Assembly (NCBI GenBank): GCA_964554445.1
Contig: CAZKOS010000002.1
Coordinates: 35,293-79,791 of the forward strand
Origin: an uncultured Spirochaetaceae bacterium
GTDB taxonomy: Bacteria; Spirochaetota; Spirochaetia; SZUA-6; RPPD01
Reading direction: 5' to 3'
DNA: 44,499 bases
Both the position numbers and the translations under genes were made by a program. Below are positions 43,074-44,499 of this stretch, piece after piece (the first letter of the stretch is position 1; every line of letters starts with the position of its first letter). The notes under the pieces are model-generated. The model saw only the letters and a program-made list of their open reading frames with translations, was not told the origin of the DNA and did not search any database.

Positions 43074-43164
43074 CCGCCGGAGACGGAATGCAACCGCGGC
43101 CGGGCCTGCGTTTCCCTTTCGATTCAGCGCTCATGGCCTTTTCCCGCCCGGAAGACGATCCAAC

Positions 43165-43193
43165 TTGACAACCGCCCATGCCGCAGCTACAGT
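43165..43193 (+). promoter_or_regulatory. putative sigma70 promoter of the PD40 propeller gene
   Basis: TTGACA 43165-43170, 17-nt spacer, TACAGT 43188-43193. The hairpin TCGACC-GTGC-GGTCGA lies just before the SD. Confidence 0.45.
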
Positions 43194-43232
43194 TGATGGT
43201 ATCGACCGTGCGGTCGAGGGGAGGTACATGAC

Positions 43233-44111
43233 ATGAAAGTGACGAAACTCGCACTGCTCGCCCTGGCCGGCCTGGCCCTGGCCGCGGCGGGTCCCGCGGT
43301 TTCCCGCCTGACGGCGGCGCCTGATCCCTCGGTGGCTTTCACCAGCCAGCGGGACGGCAATTTTGAAATCTACGTTATGAACGCCGACGGCTCGGGCCAG
43401 CGGCGGCTGACCGACAACCCGGCCGAGGACTCGTTTCCCGCCTGGTCGCCGGACGGGCAAAAGATCGCCTTCATGACCAACCGCGACGGTAATTACGAAA
43501 TTTATACCATGAACGCCGACGGGACGGACCCGGTGCGGGTGACGTCGACCAAATTCAACAATTGGAATCCGGCCTGGTCGCCGGACGGCACCAAAATCGT
43601 TTTCGCCTCGAACCGCGACCGAAACTGGGAGATTTACACGATCAACGTCGACGGGACCCGACCCCGGCGCCTGACCACCACCTCGGCCGGGAATTATCAC
43701 CCGGTGTGGTCGCCGGACGGCACAAAAATCGCCTTCGAGAGTTACCGGACCAGCAATTACGATATTTGGGTGATGGACACCTCGGGGGGCAGGCTCAAGC
43801 AACTCACCAAGGTCGCCGCCGCGGACCAGAATCCGGCCTGGTCGCCGGACGGCGGGAAAATCGCCTTCACCAGTTTCCGGGACGGCAACTATGAGATTTA
43901 CGTGATGAACGCGGACGGTACGGACCAGAAGCGGCTCACGAAAAACACGGCCACGGACCGGCAGCCGGCCTGGTCACGCGACGGGAAAAAAATTTTTTAC
44001 TCGACCAACATCGACGGTAATTTCGAAATATACTCGATGAACGCGGACGGCTCCGGCCAGACCCGCCTCACGGACGACGACGCCGCCGACGGATCGCCGA
44101 CCGTGAAGTGA
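43233..44111 (+). CDS. secreted TolB-like PD40 beta-propeller repeat protein
   Basis: 292 aa. Signal peptide [20 protein letters not shown]. Six DGN.EIY.MNADG....LT.....D..PAWSPDG.KIAF blades. Confidence 0.88.
   Translation: MKVTKLALLALAGLALAAAGPAVSRLTAAPDPSVAFTSQRDGNFEIYVMNADGSGQRRLTDNPAEDSFPAWSPDGQKIAFMTNRDGNYEIYTMNADGTDPVRVTSTKFNNWNPAWSPDGTKIVFASNRDRNWEIYTINVDGTRPRRLTTTSAGNYHPVWSPDGTKIAFESYRTSNYDIWVMDTSGGRLKQLTKVAAADQNPAWSPDGGKIAFTSFRDGNYEIYVMNADGTDQKRLTKNTATDRQPAWSRDGKKIFYSTNIDGNFEIYSMNADGSGQTRLTDDDAADGSPTVK
43441..43984 (+). repeat. exact 132-bp periodic intragenic repeats (PD40 blades)
   Basis: The core CCTGGTCGCCGGACGG or a close variant starts at 43441, 43573, 43705, 43837 and 43969, each 132 bp apart. 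Confidence 0.8.
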
Positions 44112-44128
44112 CGGGGGACGTATCATTC

Positions 44129-44499
44129 CTAGTACTTATCATTGAAGCGCAGGACGAGGCCGACGTCGACGAACGGTTTGATGAGAAAACCGCCGAAATA
44201 CGCGCTCGGCGAAACCATCGCGTCTTCATGGAGCCGCAGCCCGGCGTCGGCGCACAGGCTCAACGAGTCGCCCAGATTGACGTTGATTCCCAGCACCACG
44301 CCCGCGAACAGATCGAATTCGAAGAAATTGCTCATGGTTCCGTAGTAGGACGAGTTCGAGAACGACGGTTCGAACCCGAGGCCGATTCCGAGCTGCGGGC
44401 CGAACCAGACCCGCAGGGCTTCCTCCCTGACAATTGCGAAACCGAATGAATTGATGAAGTTGATTTGCCAGATGTCCATGGTGACGGTCTGGGCGAGGC
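44129..44499 (-). CDS. probable outer-membrane beta-barrel protein, 5' end outside the window
   Basis: The reading frame stays open to the window edge. Alternating hydrophobic beta-strand pattern with a C-terminal ...LVLRFNDKY aromatic end. Confidence 0.4.
   Translation of the reverse strand, partial: LAQTVTMDIWQINFINSFGFAIVREEALRVWFGPQLGIGLGFEPSFSNSSYYGTMSNFFEFDLFAGVVLGINVNLGDSLSLCADAGLRLHEDAMVSPSAYFGGFLIKPFVDVGLVLRFNDKY

Noticed and set aside
43300-44100. Regularly spaced repeats that might suggest a CRISPR array or DGR target
   Set aside because: The period of 132 bp equals one PD40 blade within a continuous ORF. There are no spacer-like unique segments and no reverse transcriptase nearby.

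Overview
GC-rich (roughly 60% by eye) bacterial chromosomal segment. A FlaB-type periplasmic flagellin, two bactofilins and many lipobox proteins point to a spirochete. I call 55 protein-coding genes. I found no rRNA, tRNA, CRISPR array, transposase, integrase or phage gene.

Gene content is mostly housekeeping:
- ffh-rpsP-KH-trmD-rplS cluster, with rimM missing, running on into a FliK-like / FlhB-C-terminal-like / HD-GYP / YraN block
- coaD; rpmF-acpP-rnc; cca; flaB
- a KDSR-like SDR plus a large GNAT protein
- three membrane/lipoprotein genes
- dus and tatD
- an M23 peptidase-bactofilin-YaaR-PSP1 block
- mtnA-Rrf2; pstSCAB without phoU
- plsC, rpsT, HU, lnt
- a response-regulator / mini-protein / bactofilin block
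- rho-rpmE, metE
- an accessory-looking end: GNAT, GH5, two unknowns, a PD40 beta-propeller and a partial OMP

The many long antisense ORFs in the track are high-GC shadow ORFs. I see no clear-cut multi-gene novel system such as a defence island, retroelement or secretion locus.

The most unusual signals are:
1. Two copies of a composite palindromic element built from arrays of short 7-10 nt units (11757-11959 and 33722-33862). Their termini are related.
2. A translationally coupled KDSR-like reductase plus double-GNAT acyltransferase pair.
3. A self-contained unit of promoter, long structured leader, 57-aa CxC/CxxC zinc-ribbon gene and terminator, sitting where phoU normally follows pstB.
4. 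A stand-alone FlhB C-terminal mimic with a FliK-like partner and an HD-GYP enzyme inside the ribosomal-protein operon.
5. Three promoters whose -10 box lies only 7-10 nt from an ATG that has no Shine-Dalgarno sequence.

All functional assignments come from motif recognition by eye and need database confirmation.
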